From the NCBI RefSeq assembly GCF_006345805.1, contig NC_042999.1, forward strand, positions 310,001 to 374,000: a stretch of 64,000 nucleotides of DNA, written 5' to 3'. Source of the stretch: Octopus sinensis. Its lineage: Eukaryota. Under the pieces are notes generated by a model. That model was not told the origin of the DNA and did no database searches. It was given only the letters and a program-made list of their open reading frames with translations. This document shows, in pieces, positions 36,831 to 50,476 of this stretch. Both the position numbers and the translations under genes were made by a program. Numbering within the stretch: position 1 is the first letter of the stretch; each line of letters starts with the position of its first letter.

Positions 36831-37310
36831 GGAAAATATAAATCAATTAACCTAGTGACAATTGGCAATCTCCAAATATGAGGGAGACACAATCGCAGGA
36901 AGCAAGAATTCTATAAAACTGAGATGCTATTGGAGGAAACGATCACGTTGTGTAGAGACATTCAGGAGAACTATGGACACATGCTTCTGTTTCAATAGGT
37001 GTCATCAAGACAGCAGCTGTAATACCTTGTATCCAACGGGGATATATTTATATAGAAGGTAAATGTTCCCAACAAAATTTCTATAATTTAGACAAGAATC
37101 AACTCAGAAAAATGGACTGTGATGAATATTTGGGCAACAGAGACAAGTGAAGTCTTATTAATTACCATATCATAAATTCTTCCTTTCTAGTAATTCTCCG
37201 TTTCCCGTTAACCTTTAGGCATATACATACATACATACATACATACGTACATACATACATACATACATACATACATACATACATACATACATACACACAT
37301 ATATACATAC

Positions 37311-37713
37311 AATATAAATGAGTAACAAAGACATATAACTGTCAATTCATTACGGCCGTTTCGAGCGAAACCTTTAGTTGATCAATGAAAGCATTATATC
37401 ATTACAAACAAAACCGTTCTCATCATATGACCGCATATACCTCAAGCATAAAGGAGAAGTTAGAATTGTAAATATATTCATATCATTCTGCCTAAAACTT
37501 TAGCAGCGGAATAATTGTAAATATTTGCTCTCCTTTGATGATATGAATATGTTTACATATCTAACTTGTCCTTTTTGCTTGAGGTCTATGCGGCCATGAG
37601 ATGAGAACGGTTTTCTTTGTAATGAAGCAATGCTTTCATTAATCAATTAAAGGAATCATTCGAAACGGCCGTAATGAATTGACATTAATACATCTTTGTT
37701 ACTCATTTATATT
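37311..37713. mobile_element. About 400-bp fold-back MITE
   Basis: AATATAAATGAGTAACAAAGA...TGTCAATTCATTACGGCCGTTTCGA inverted at both ends; imperfect arms continue about 170 bp inward. Confidence 0.85.
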
Positions 37714-38001
37714 TTACTCACCTACCCTGGAATCTGCACTTCGGAAGTATTTGGAAAGTATCTTTATATAAAGTATATGTCTGAACAAACAAGAGCGGGT
37801 TTATTCACTAAGTTGGATCATACCATCTGCATACACTGCATGAATATCGGGAGAAAAATAATTTTGATGCTCACCTGATATTGTTTGAGTGTGTAAATAA
37901 GTTCGTTCTAACAAGCTGCCTCAATTTAAGTACCTAATTCAACAGAATCTAAATTATATACATAATACATACACACATACATACATACATACATACATAC
38001 A

Positions 38002-38035
<34 letters not shown>

Positions 38036-38041
38036 CATACA

Positions 38042-38338
38042 TGATGACTTCCCCCTCGTTATCGAGTATGGCCATTGCACGAAGCTTAACTGTTACTGGT
38101 GCTGTGATCGAATGTGACTTTTTAGCCCAGCTAAAGATCTACAATATCTTGTACAGAATTGGCAGCTAAAACCTTTACCGGTAATAGCCGGCTGTATGTG
38201 TAACTGGGCTTCATGTACCTTTGCATGTCGTTTAAGTCCTCCTGCCGAATTACACTCTCTTCCACATGCCTGACAGATATGATTAGTATGGTGTGTAACA
38301 CCACCACCAGTGGCCAGGTTGTCACTCATCTGTCTCGT
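38042..38338 (-). mobile_element. 5'-truncated RTE-type LINE 3' end with two C2H2 fingers, inserted in (TACA)n
   Basis: CQACGRECNSAGGLKRHAKVH and CQFCTRYCRSLAGLKSHIRSQH*, then a short UTR; (TACA)n on both flanks. Confidence 0.7.
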
Positions 38339-38357
38339 ACATACATACATACATACA

Positions 38358-38390
<33 letters not shown>

Positions 38391-39064
38391 TATTCTTAAG
38401 CAGGAATATTATTGAGAGTTAAGCCATCGTCGGACTGCGATGCATTGAAGGATGATTTTAACATAACAAAGACAATATAATCTCTTGAAAATGGCGTTTC
38501 AGCTTGGGTATGCATCCTCACTCTAAGTGAAATGGTAAGAAGATCTAAGGAAACACGCATTTAAACAATTACTTGAGTATGTCCCTCTTAACATCCTTGG
38601 ATGAATGATAATAATAACACAGCATCTCACCAACGTACAACACGTGTAAAAGTGTGTCGAAAGAATTGTTGAGATTTAAAATAGAGAATGTTGTTCATTC
38701 CATTTTCTGTCGTTTATCTACATTTTTCTATCTAATCCTACATGTGTAAAATATCTTTCCATGTACCAATTAAAGAACATCTACCTGGAGGAATGAATTG
38801 ATAGATATAGAAGCCAATTATCTTCTGTTAATAACCTTTTTCTCTTAAAGCAAAAACAACGATGAGCTCATTATAATGATTAGTCATTGTTATCAGAGAT
38901 CCTCCCAAGCAATACTGTACCGGAGATAAACAGAAACCATCATCTTATCTAATGTGTCTTCTCAAAAGTTTAACACTGTATTACCGTTTAGCAGGCATTA
39001 GGCTAAGCGAGAACGATCCGACAGTTTTTTCTTCGCTTAATTAATTTATTTAGGTTGCGAGTAG

Positions 39065-39935
39065 ATAAAAGCCGGCACTCCGTTGGTTACGACACAGAGG
39101 TTTCCAGTTGACCCCAGTGACGCCACAGCTTTCTCCTGACATTCTTTTCAACTTTAGACACAAGACCCAAATTGTTTGGGGGGAGAAGGGGGTCAGTCGA
39201 TTTGATCAACCCCATTACGCTACTGGTAATTAATTTATCGACCCCGAAAAGGATGAAAGGCAAAGTCGACTCAGAACGTAACGGCAGACTAAATATCGCC
39301 AAGCGTTTCGCCTGGCGTGCTAAAGTTTCTTATTTCTTTACTGCCCACAAGGGGCTACACACAGAGGGGACAAACATGGACAGACGTAGGTATTAAGTCG
39401 ATTATATCGACCCCAGTGCGTAACTGGTACTTATTTAATCGCACCCGAAAGAATGAAAGGCAAAAGTCGACCTCGGGGGAATTTGAACTCAGGACGCAAC
39501 GGCAGACGAAATACCGCTAAGCATTTCGTCCGGCGGGCTAACGTTTCTGCCAGCTCGTCGCATTTGAAAGGATGAAAGGCAAAGTCAACCTCGGCGGAAT
39601 TTGAACTCAGAACGTAAAGGCAGACGAAATACTCAGCGCGCTAACATGTTTGTCAGCTCGCCGCCTTAGCTTGCTCCTGATATTAACGTAGAAGTGGCTG
39701 TGCAACCCGCAGACACTCGTACTCTTAACGCCAGTTCTCAGGAAGATTCAGTGTGGCACAGAAATCGACAAGCGCAGATCTATGAATTACAGGTACAACT
39801 GATTTCATGTTGCTCTATCTGAGTGGACTGCAGCAACGTGAAATTAAGTGTCTTGCTCAAGGAGACACCGCGCCGCCGGGAATCGAACTCACGACCTTAG
39901 GATCGTGAGCCGAATACTCTTAACCACTATGCTAC
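39065..39935 (-). mobile_element. SINE family C interrupted by a family B array
   Basis: Tail CACTCCGTTGGTTACGAC at about 39070; body and head at 39700-39935 (GTGTCTTGCTCAAGGA...GGGAATCGAACTCACGACC...CTAACCACTA). Confidence 0.7.
39160..39668 (-). mobile_element. SINE family B composite array
   Basis: Two heads, one tail A unit, an AAGAAATAAG|AAACTTTAGCACG junction and a terminal tail B. Confidence 0.88.
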
Positions 39936-40121
39936 GTGTCTTCCCTTACGAGCAGATATAGACACCATCTCAATTCTCTCAAATTCGAGAATGCGATAGC
40001 TGGAAGGAAAAGGAATGTTCCACCTCTTAACCGTTGCTCATTTATAACTGAGTAGTAAAGAGCAGTGTTAAATGAAATGTCTTGCTCAAGCACACACAGC
40101 AACACCAGAAATCGAACAGAA

Positions 40122-40726
40122 GGCAGCGAGCTGGCAGAAACGTTAGCAAGCCGGGCGAAATGCGTAGCCGTATTTCGTCTGCCGCTTCGTTCTGAGTTCA
40201 AATTCCGCCGAGGTCGACTTTGCCTTTCATCCTTTCGGGGTCGATTAAATAAGTACTAGTTACGCACTGGGGTCGATATAATCGGCTTAATCCGTTTGTC
40301 TGTCCTTGTTTGCCCCCTCTGTGTTTAGCCCTTTGTGGTCAGTAAAGAAATAGGTATTTCGTCTGTTTTTACGTTCCGAGTTCAAATTCCGCCGAGGTCG
40401 ACGTTGCCTTTCATCCTTTCGGGGTCGATAAATTAAGTACCAGTTACGCACTGGGGTCGATGTAATCGACTTAATACCTATGTCTGTCCATGTTTGTCCC
40501 CTCTATGTTTAGCCCCTTGTGGGTAATAAAGAAATAGGTATTTTCGTCTGCCGCTGCGTTCTGAGTTCAAATTCCGCCGAAGTCGACTTTGCCTTTCATC
40601 CTTTGGGGGTCGATTAAATAAGTACCAGTTACGCACTGGGGTCGATATAATCGACTTAATTCGTCTGTCTGTTCTTGTTTGCCCCCTCTGTGTTTAGCCC
40701 CTTGCGGGCAATAAAGAAATAAGAAA
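40122..40726 (+). mobile_element. SINE family B tandem array (1 head, 3 bodies)
   Basis: GGCAGCGAGCTGGCAGAAACGTTAG head; two AAGAAATAG|GTATTT junctions. Confidence 0.92.
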
Positions 40727-40859
40727 TCGAACACACGATCGCAATGATCGTGAGTGCCGCTCTCTCTTATTACTAGGCCGCACGCTTTCAGTCTATTGCT
40801 AATAGTCGGGGAAACGACATTGCTGCATGTCATAGAATAGAGAATGAAAACGATCCCCA

Positions 40860-41100
40860 TTGGACGTATGAAGTTCCAAATAAATTATCTTCGGATATCT
40901 TCTCTTCCTCGATGTACAATCAATAAAGATATTTAAGAAGCAGATCCACTATTCGAGTATTCTCCCAGGTCACGTGCATCTGGTCTTATGTTTAAGGAAA
41001 CGCGGTTATCACACTTGACTTGACATCAGGAAAGACTTCGATAAAATCTGGCACGGAGATCAATTGACATTGCTCCTCGCTTACAGGTTCCAAAACTAGT
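40860..41100 (+). pseudogene. Decayed CR1/Jockey-like RT fragment
   Basis: LDIRKDFDKIWH resembles the conserved LDxSKAFDxVWH motif. Confidence 0.55.
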
Positions 41101-42024
41101 CAACCATATTGCAGGTCGCTTCATTCACATTACATCTAATCAAACTTCTCTCTTATTCTTAAAACCATCCTCTCAACATAGAACTTAAGCAGTTCGTTTT
41201 ATTCTGTCGCTTTTCCTTCTTCCGTTATTCAATAACCTAAATCTTTGTTCCTTTCTCCCCTCTATCGCTGATACCAATATACGTTCATTCCTCAATGAAG
41301 CTGGTTCAGAGATATAGCTCGTAAAATTCCTGAATATAACCTCAAAAACAGAACAAGAAAAACAGCGAGCTAATGCTTAATGCTTGCTAAACAACCACAA
41401 AAAAATAAATATAAAACGTGTTGAATAATTCCATCCTACTTCACATATGTCAATGTTAAGTAAGGCTGTGTATGTATAAAACATTTTGTTAAAGCTCAAA
41501 TGGCTTGAGTAAACATAAATAGCGGATTCCTTATTGCTTCCTATAACAACAGAGAATCAATTCCCATTGAAACAATACAATGAAACGGTTTGTCCTTTTG
41601 AAGATATCATGTTAGGTGCTGGCATTAAGGCTAGGATATTTGATATCGGGATTAAATGATTTCATATATTCCCATCACATCTTCCTTTTTGTTTTACTTC
41701 AAACGATTGAAGTCGATTGATAAAACAACGTTAAATCGCAGTTAGCAGTAGGCAAGAAGAAAACTGTATGATAGTATAGGATTCGAAATATATGCATGGA
41801 CGTGCAGATACATGTATAGAAGTAGATGGACTGCTTTTGCATTTGTTTATGTGGTAATGTAGGTCTATACATACGTATAAACCTAGATAGATAGCTACAT
41901 GTGTTTTGTATCTATGAACGTATGAGTGTATATACATATGTATGATTGTGTGTATGTGTGGTGTATTTTGCGTTTGTGTGAGCATGTCTATGTGGGCGAG
42001 AGTGTGATAATACTTATGCTTATC

Positions 42025-42071
<47 letters not shown>

Positions 42072-42147
42072 CACACATATACGTTCATACTTACATGCAT
42101 ACATATATTTCATGCTTATAAACACACACACATGTGGTGTGTACGTG

Positions 42148-42201
<54 letters not shown>

Positions 42202-42246
42202 ATTATATACATACATATATATATACATATATATATATATTATATC

Positions 42247-42277
<31 letters not shown>

Positions 42278-42420
42278 CTATATATATATATATACATATA
42301 TACATATATATACATATATATATATACATATATATACATATATACATATATATATATATAATATATATATATATTATATATATATATATATATATAATAT
42401 ATATATATATTATATATATA
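42025..42420. repeat. (TA)n/(CATATA)n microsatellite
   Basis: Directly visible. Confidence 0.95.
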
Positions 42421-42584
42421 GGCGTAGGCGTGGCTGTGTGGTAAGGAACTTGCTTCCTAACTGCACGTTTCCAGGTTGTGTCACGGTGCGTAGCACCTTG
42501 GGCAAGTGTCTTTTATTAAAGCCTCGGGCTGACACCAAAATCTTGTGGGTAGATTTGGTAGACCGAAACTGAAAGAAGCTGGTC

Positions 42585-42646
<62 letters not shown>

Positions 42647-42860
42647 ATGTATGTATGTGTGTGTGTGTATACACACACATATATAGATAAGTATGTATAT
42701 ACATATATACATAGACATATATATGCATACTAAAAGTATATGTAAATATATTTAGATATTTATATGCATATATATATATATATATATGTGTGTGTGTATA
42801 TGTTTGTGTGTGGGTGTATGTATATATATACATGCATACAAACAGGCAAAGAGGAAAAGA
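42419..42860 (+). mobile_element. SINE family A 5' half running into an expanded microsatellite
   Basis: AGGCGTAGGCGTGGCTGTGTGGTAAG...GCACCTTGGGCAAGTGTC...GAAACTGAAAGAAGC, then (TA)n/(TG)n. Confidence 0.8.
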
Positions 42861-43518
42861 AAGAAAGAAACACAGAGAGAGAGGAGAGAGAGAGAGAGAG
42901 AAAGAGAGTGTGTGTGATAGAGACAGAGGTGAGATGCTTTATAACTGAATTTCAATTAGGGCGCCATTATCCTAAGGTGACACGTTCACTTCTTTTCATA
43001 CCCGGCCGCCATATCGAACACATATAAACATTTATTTGTTAACCTACAGTCGGTTATGATAAATCCTAAAATAGAAATGTTTAGAAATGTTTCAAAACAA
43101 ATATAATTATTACTGTTCCTTCGAATATTACTCTATAAATTTTATCACAAATTTTCGAATGATAATCGGAGGCGTGTTTGTAGATGGTTCGTAGGTCTGT
43201 TAGTTTACCGGTGTAAAGTCTTCGAAGCATTACTTCTCGCTGTTTTAATATTTTCTTTGATCTCCTGTGAATGGACCTGTTTATAAAATAGCTGCCACAA
43301 AATATGGTAACTCGGATTCATTGAGGGTTTCTTCTCCATCAAACAAGAGCTCGAGGCCTTGTATCAGGACCCAATTTTCTGTCATAGCATTCATAACAGT
43401 CAAATAATTTGCCAGCTCCGATCAAGATGAGGTCCTTGTATAATTTCATGCCCTTTTGTAAAGCCATTTCATGTTATGCACGATATTAACAATTTTAAGG
43501 AAATCTCTTAGCTAATGA

Positions 43519-43570
<52 letters not shown>

Positions 43571-43646
43571 GCCACTGCTGCTGCTGCTGCTGCCCCTGCT
43601 GCTTGGATTTGGTCATTCAACCATTCATCGACACCTGCGTGCCATC

Positions 43647-44070
43647 GGAAAATGAGCATCTTTGCTTTCAAGACGAAAGGTGTTCTTCCATCGGGATAAT
43701 GCTCGGCCACATACAGCGAGGATGGCATTCCAAATGCTGGAGCAGTTTTAATGGGAAACAATGCCTTACCTACTATATTCGCCAGACATTGCCCCATATG
43801 ATTATCATTTATTCTACAGTCTTCAAAATCATTTGGACGGAAAAAAATATGAATTCTGCGGAACAAGTTCAGAACAATACTGGAGAAATATTTTTCGTCA
43901 CGGAGAAGTGAATTTTGGAAGATAGACCTTGCAATCCTACCAGATTGATGGAAGAAATTTGAATAAGATGAGAGTATATTTTAGATTAAAAAAGAACTTT
44001 GCTTATTTTAATTTTGAAAAATAAAAGAAGTATAAAAAAACCCCGCTTTTTTTTAACGGATGTCCCAATA
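43647..44070 (+). mobile_element. Mariner transposase 3' fragment with right TIR
   Basis: HRDNARPHTAR...WETMPYLLYSPDIAPYDYHLFYSLQNHLDGK; ends GGATGTCCCAATA; same family as 13749-14498. Confidence 0.9.
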
Positions 44071-44115
44071 TATATTAATCATGTAAACATTCTCTTAGAA
44101 ATGTTTTGATAATGT

Positions 44116-44424
44116 GAGGGCGCGTGGCTTAGTAGTTAGAACATTCGACTCACGGTTATAAGGTCGTGAGTTCAATTCCTGGCGACGCGTTGTGTCCTTG
44201 AGTAAGACACTTTATTCCACGTTGCTCCGGTCCACTCAGCAGGCAAAAATGAGTAGTACCTGATTTCAAAGGACCAGCCTTGTCACACTTTGTCACGCTG
44301 AATATTCCCGAGAATACCGTTAAGGGTACACGTATCTGTGGAGTGCTCAGCATGTTAATTTCACGAGCAAGCTGTTCCCTTGATTGTATCAGGTGGGACC
44401 CTCATCGTCGTAACCGACAGAGTG
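44116..44424 (+). mobile_element. SINE family C, full length
   Basis: Collinear with 12902-13217. Confidence 0.9.
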
Positions 44425-44934
44425 CTTCTTCTGAACTGTAGAAGAACCTATACATTTTAATGCAGTAATGATTTTTTGTTATTCTACTAAAACCAAAGGT
44501 AAATGAATTGATGCTACAACATTCTTTCTTGTCCATAAATATTTTAAGACATGTGTAAAACATCCGAATTTGTGTTTATATTATGTAAAAACACCATCAA
44601 ATCCAGTAGATTATAAAACATTGTCAATAAAATCTTCAGTTTCATTCAATCTGGTTGTACTAATATCATGGTCCTATACTTAAGAATACGTTTGTCCAAT
44701 TATACCGGCAGAAAGCAGACGAGCTGAGCGTGTTAAGCAAAGTTAAGAGAAGTTAACGGCAAATGAAATTTCAATGCAACTAAAGTAAAAATAGAGAAAC
44801 AAAATGAAGAATAATTAGAATTTAATTTATCTCCCAACGGCGGCAAATGAGGTGGACACCATGTAGAAAAGGCTAAATAGCGTGCAAGGCTTTACATTCG
44901 AACAAAGGAATCTACAAGTCACTCTCTTTATATG

Positions 44935-45510
<576 letters not shown>

Positions 45511-45703
45511 TATAAACATATATGTGTACACCGGTACACACATAAATGCAAAGACACAGACACATGTATCAAGAAAAAGTATGTTAGTATTTAGATTTAG
45601 ATTGTTTGTATGTTTATTCGAGACACAGCGAGCGAGGAGGTGAAGAAACTCTAAACTTCTGTCCTTCACTCTATGTGACCCTCTGTGTGTATATTTGAAT
45701 GTG

Positions 45704-45734
<31 letters not shown>

Positions 45735-46348
45735 ATAAATAGGTGTATATTCATGTGTATGTACCAGTACGCGATCGTTTGAATGCGCCGCATGTGTGTG
45801 TGCATCTGTGTGCTTGTGTGGGTGGATGTGCGCCTGCGTGAAGTTGATCAAATCCAAGCTGATTGGTTTGCACTCTGATGGCTATTGAACTAAGCAGGAT
45901 CTTTTTAATCATTACACAATGCGATTGTAGAAATTCATTTATAAAACCCGAAAGTGTTTAGATTACTTCTCTTACAACAATGTTCTAAATAAATGAAGAT
46001 GAATTAAGTACATTTAGAATACCGGAATTGCAGAATGAAGTCAGTTAAGTGAAAATAAGAGGACAACAGCAAAACGTAGACACTTCGCTTATAGAAAATA
46101 TTATTCAAGTAGCAACGCTTTTGTTATGACAAGACCGTCTTGTGTCCAATTTGCTGTTTAGTCATTTGTCAAACCTGATCGAGCAGATGCATGAATAAAG
46201 TAATTCCAGTTGAGACCAACACGCTTTAGAGAAAACTAAATTATCTAAATTTTGCTGGTATTCTTTTCTTAAAGTAAGATGTTTAAACGATTTAGTTTTC
46301 TATTTGACTGAGGGACTGTTAGCTTGTGTGGAGTTTGATAATCTAAGG

Positions 46349-46698
46349 CAGTCGTTCTCGACCGGGATCCATATTGCCCCTGAGGGTCCATATAATATTT
46401 TTGAAGGTCCAAGCAACAAAATAGTAATTGGGAATCCACAATAGTATTTTAAGAGACCTTAAAACAGGTTTGATTTAAATGTACGCATTTGTATGTATTG
46501 CAAGAAACAGCTGGGTTTCTTTCTCGACCATTTTATATAGTTCAACCAAAACATGTTATTGTGTGAAAAACAAAATGAGTATTTTGAAAGAAGTTTCTAT
46601 AAAACTAGCTTTTCAACATCGAATGGCTATGGGGTCCATCGGAATAAAATGGCAATCAAAGGGATTCATAGATAAAAAAAAATGGTTGAGAACCTCTG
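46349..46698. mobile_element. hAT (Charlie-like) MITE
   Basis: TIRs CAGTCGTTCTCGACC and GGTTGAGAACCTCTG; subterminal GGGTCCAT motifs. Confidence 0.7.
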
Positions 46699-46904
46699 TG
46701 ATGTAACCTTAGATTTTAAGATTAAATCACGGTCGAAAGAAAACGGCCTGTAAATGTTTCTTGTCACACGTATGTATGTATGTATGTATGTATGTATGTA
46801 TGTATGTATGTATGTATGTATGTATGTATGTATGTATGTACGTACGTACGTACGTACAGAAAAGAAACACATATGTACATACATATGTATGTATATATCG
46901 ACGA

Positions 46905-47600
46905 CACCTTTCCGGGTTGATAATATCTATACCTATTTCTTTATTACCCACAAGGGGGTAAACACAGAGGGGACAAACAAGGACAGACATAGGTATTAAG
47001 TCGATTACATCGACCCCAGTGCGTAACTGGTACTTAATTTATCGACCCCGAAAGGATGAAAGGCAAAGTCGACCTCGGCGGAATTTGAACTCACAACGTA
47101 ACGCAGACGAAATACCGCTAAGCATTTCGCCCGGCGTGCTAACGTTTCTGCCAGCTCGCCGCCTTATAATATCTATACCACTTAAGGACTGGGGTTGATG
47201 TAGTTGACTTAGCCCCTTCTAAAATTCCAGACCTTCCATCATGATTTGGAATCATTATTATAGTTCAGAACCTGTGCCCGTATAAGATAGTATTATGGCA
47301 ACAATTTCAATCATGTTTTTGAGTTCCTTCCATATTTAATGCATAATTCTTGAATTCATGCGGAGGCAATGCAAAGAATACTATATTGATCGTTATATTG
47401 GTTCCAAATGGTGGTAAAAGGAAAACAATTTCAGGGGAGAACATAAGCCCTGAGGTCAATTGTTACTTATTTTATTAACTCCGAAAGGGCTGAAAAGCAA
47501 AGTCGACCTCAGCGGAATTTGAACTCAAAACGTAAAGCCGAATGAAATACCGCTAAGAATTTTACCCGGCATGCTAACGAATCTGCCTGTTCGAAGCCTT
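46905..47600 (-). mobile_element. SINE family B copies (one complete, one degenerate, one tail fragment)
   Basis: 46905-47166 is a near-consensus head-body-tail A copy; 47400-47600 is a divergent copy. Confidence 0.85.
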
Positions 47601-47617
47601 CTTTTATCAATCAATCA

Positions 47618-47620
<3 letters not shown>

Positions 47621-47713
<93 letters not shown>

Positions 47714-47720
47714 ATCTATA
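47621..47720. repeat. (TA)n microsatellite
   Basis: Directly visible. Confidence 0.97.
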
Positions 47721-48011
47721 TTACTTAGTGATACTCGGAAATCTTGAACAGAGTGAGGATATGATTTCTTATGACGCCAAATATAGCAAAACATGTCTAC
47801 TTGTCGTTGTAGCAAATAAGTAAAAATATAAATTTTGCGAATATTGTAATTTCTTAGTCTTAATCTTAGTTTATTTCCTCTTGCTTCACCGGACGCTTAA
47901 CTATGCTTCAGTAGATATTAAAATAAATGTGCTATTTAACCCTCGACCAGCATTTTTCGAAGCATCATCAGTCATTCCAAACGTGATCATTTAATATTTC
48001 TCCTCGTCAAC

Positions 48012-48459
48012 CAAACATGCCGGCGGGAAATAAGATGACTAGGTGAAACAAGCAGACACTGAATTAGCTTCGCTGACTGAGAGGTGACGGTCGTTTAGAG
48101 AATGCGTGGGCTAAGACTACGCGACTTCATTGGTCAGTTAAAGTTGAGACAGTGTCACATGACAACTTGCTGGGGCTTTCTGCTGGAGTCTAGCGGCAGG
48201 TATTTAAAGGGAAAATTTTGACAAGTCAGTCAGTCACCGGCTGACACTCTCTGACGATACATCGGAGAGGCCAGGGAACAGAAGAAAGAAGAAAGAAGAC
48301 ATGCACTCAACACCAGAGCTGAAGACACCTCCGAACGTCAAAACGGTAGAAGAGTAGGGTCCGAAACCGGACGTGGTTCCTCCTGATGATGTCTTCAGCT
48401 AACTGGATCCTATAAAGGAGCTGTTGTGGTAGCAGAAAACGAAACACGGTTGTAATTCC
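48012..48459 (+). mobile_element. Complete 3' UTR of the HERO-like LINE without ORF
   Basis: Collinear with 9885-10340 from AAACA(C/T)GCCG(A/G)CGGGAAATAA to GAAACACGGTTGTAATTCCT. Confidence 0.88.
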
Positions 48460-50101
48460 TTTCGTAAGACAGTGCTGTATCATTTGACAAAGATTTAGTT
48501 ACGATGTCTAGCAAATCGAACGACCGCATGATTCATGCTGTATTTCGTGATGCAGTTCATGTTGTATTTCACTTCCATGGTTTGTGTTGGCTTTCGTGAT
48601 ATGAGCTGTCACAAAAGCATAGTTTTTAATTTGGCTGTTGTTTCTTGCTGGACTAGCGGCTGTTTAGAACCAACCCTTCGTCAAGCTGATGAAGATGTTT
48701 TTCCTGATTTGTTTGAAACACATCCATTTTTCATTTAAACAAATAAACACAAAACCATTGTGTTATAATTAAAAGTTTCATCACTTAAAGTGAGAGAACA
48801 AAAACTCATTAAACGGGAGAAACAATAATTTTGTGTTGCATACCAGCGCGTGGTTATTTCTTTTGTCTCACTGTTTTAGTTTATTAATTTTCCAAAATCA
48901 TTTAAGTTTAGCGCAGAATTTTACGCTATCATTATTATGTTCCTTTCAAAATAAAGTCTTTTGTTGTTATCAAACTGGGTAGATTACATAGAAATGAAAT
49001 GCTGGTCTTCTTATTTCAATATTCTGTTCAACTTTGTTTTTCAAAACAATCGCTAAAGACTTCAATGAAGGTTTATTCTCCCGTCTAATGTATCGATATA
49101 ATAGTGTGAGGAATTTACAACATTATCACAAATTTTGTTATTCAATGTTTGCGGCAAAAAAATGTTTTTCAACAACATTTTTCCTTATCTTAATATTCTT
49201 CAAGAATTTGATATTTCCTACGGAGAGGCAAGAAGTACAAAAAATATATCAAAGAATTTTTAATAGGTGTATAAAATACATTCAAAGAAATTTTTTCCTT
49301 CAATTTTGATAAATCTCAAGTTATTTCCTCTCCTTCCATTTAATTACTAACACAAACATATAATTACGTACGTACATACATACATACATACGTATATACA
49401 TATATACATACATACGTATACTTACATACATAAATGTTTAAACATTTTCATTGATATTAATGTTTGTTTTTTATGTAAAGCTATATATAAAAACAACTGA
49501 AGATTAAGTTGAGGGATGACTCAATACGTTTTAGGTGGGAATCATGTTTATTAATTTTTGCACGGTGAATAGTGATACTGACTTAGAAGTTTCGGTTTAC
49601 TTGTCGTTATCAGACTGTGGTTTTGTTTTGTTAGAAGTCGAATCTATAGTGTTGTTGACGGGGTGTTTCTTTGAATGGTGGAGCGATGTAGGTGAAAATT
49701 GGGAGAAGAGAAAGTGAATTTATGGCCAGAAAAGAGAAGGGGATTATTGGAAGATAGAATAGAGAAACACAAGAACGTATATTGTTCAGCCCCAGTTCAA
49801 CTGAATGCTTATTGTAGAGGCACATGAAAGGATAGCGAAGTCAGTTTTACTTTGATGCAATTTCTCTATAATATTAGAACAGTGTAATAAATATCTAGTT
49901 TGTTATTTGGGACTTATTGTACTGAAGTGAACCTTGATTCATGTCTAATATGGACTCAAATGTATTAGGGGTATAACTAAATATCTCAGTACACTTAATA
50001 CAGCAGCTTTTCTTATTCGCTAGTAAATATTACTCCACGTTTATTACGTCTAAATTCATATCACAGGACGAAAGCTCACCTATCATCATACTGTGACTTA
50101 C

Positions 50102-50143
50102 CAAATGTTATAAGCAGTGAAAAGGGACGTGAAACGACTATTA
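50102..50143 (-). CDS. Candidate 42-nt symmetric (phase 1-1) micro-exon
   Basis: Acceptor GTTTTTATTCTCAG| and donor TTG|GTAAGT on the minus strand; frame (x)IVVSRPFSLLITF. Confidence 0.3.
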
Positions 50144-50194
50144 CTGAGAATAAAAACCACGACTCGAAGTAACCTGATGAGATTATATTTAGAT

Positions 50195-50410
50195 TTAATG
50201 CAGCGAGCTGGCAGAATCGTAAGCACACTGGACAAAATGTTGAATAACATTTCGCCCGTTTTTACGTTCTGAGTCAAAATTTTGCCAAGGTTGACTTTAC
50301 CTTTCGTACTTTCGAGATCGATAAAATAAGTACCAGTCAAGCACTGGGGTTGATGTAAACGACCTCCCCACCTCTAGACTTGCTCGCCTTGTGCCAACGT
50401 TTGAAACCAT
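50195..50410 (+). mobile_element. SINE family B single copy with tail B
   Basis: GCAGCGAGCTGGCAGAATCGT...GTTCTGAGTCAAAATTTTGCC...AAGTACCAGTCAAGCACTGGGG. Confidence 0.8.
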
Positions 50411-50476
50411 TATTTAGAGATATTATACTAACATTAATAAATCTCTGAACGAGGTGTAAACAGTAAGCGCTCGACA

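Noticed and set aside
38093-38386. Host C2H2 zinc-finger gene
   Set aside because: No TGEKP linkers, start lies in a microsatellite, and the architecture fits a LINE 3' end.
47940-47975. Minus-strand CTGATGA TGCTTC GAAA
   Set aside because: No helix II, III or I pairing.
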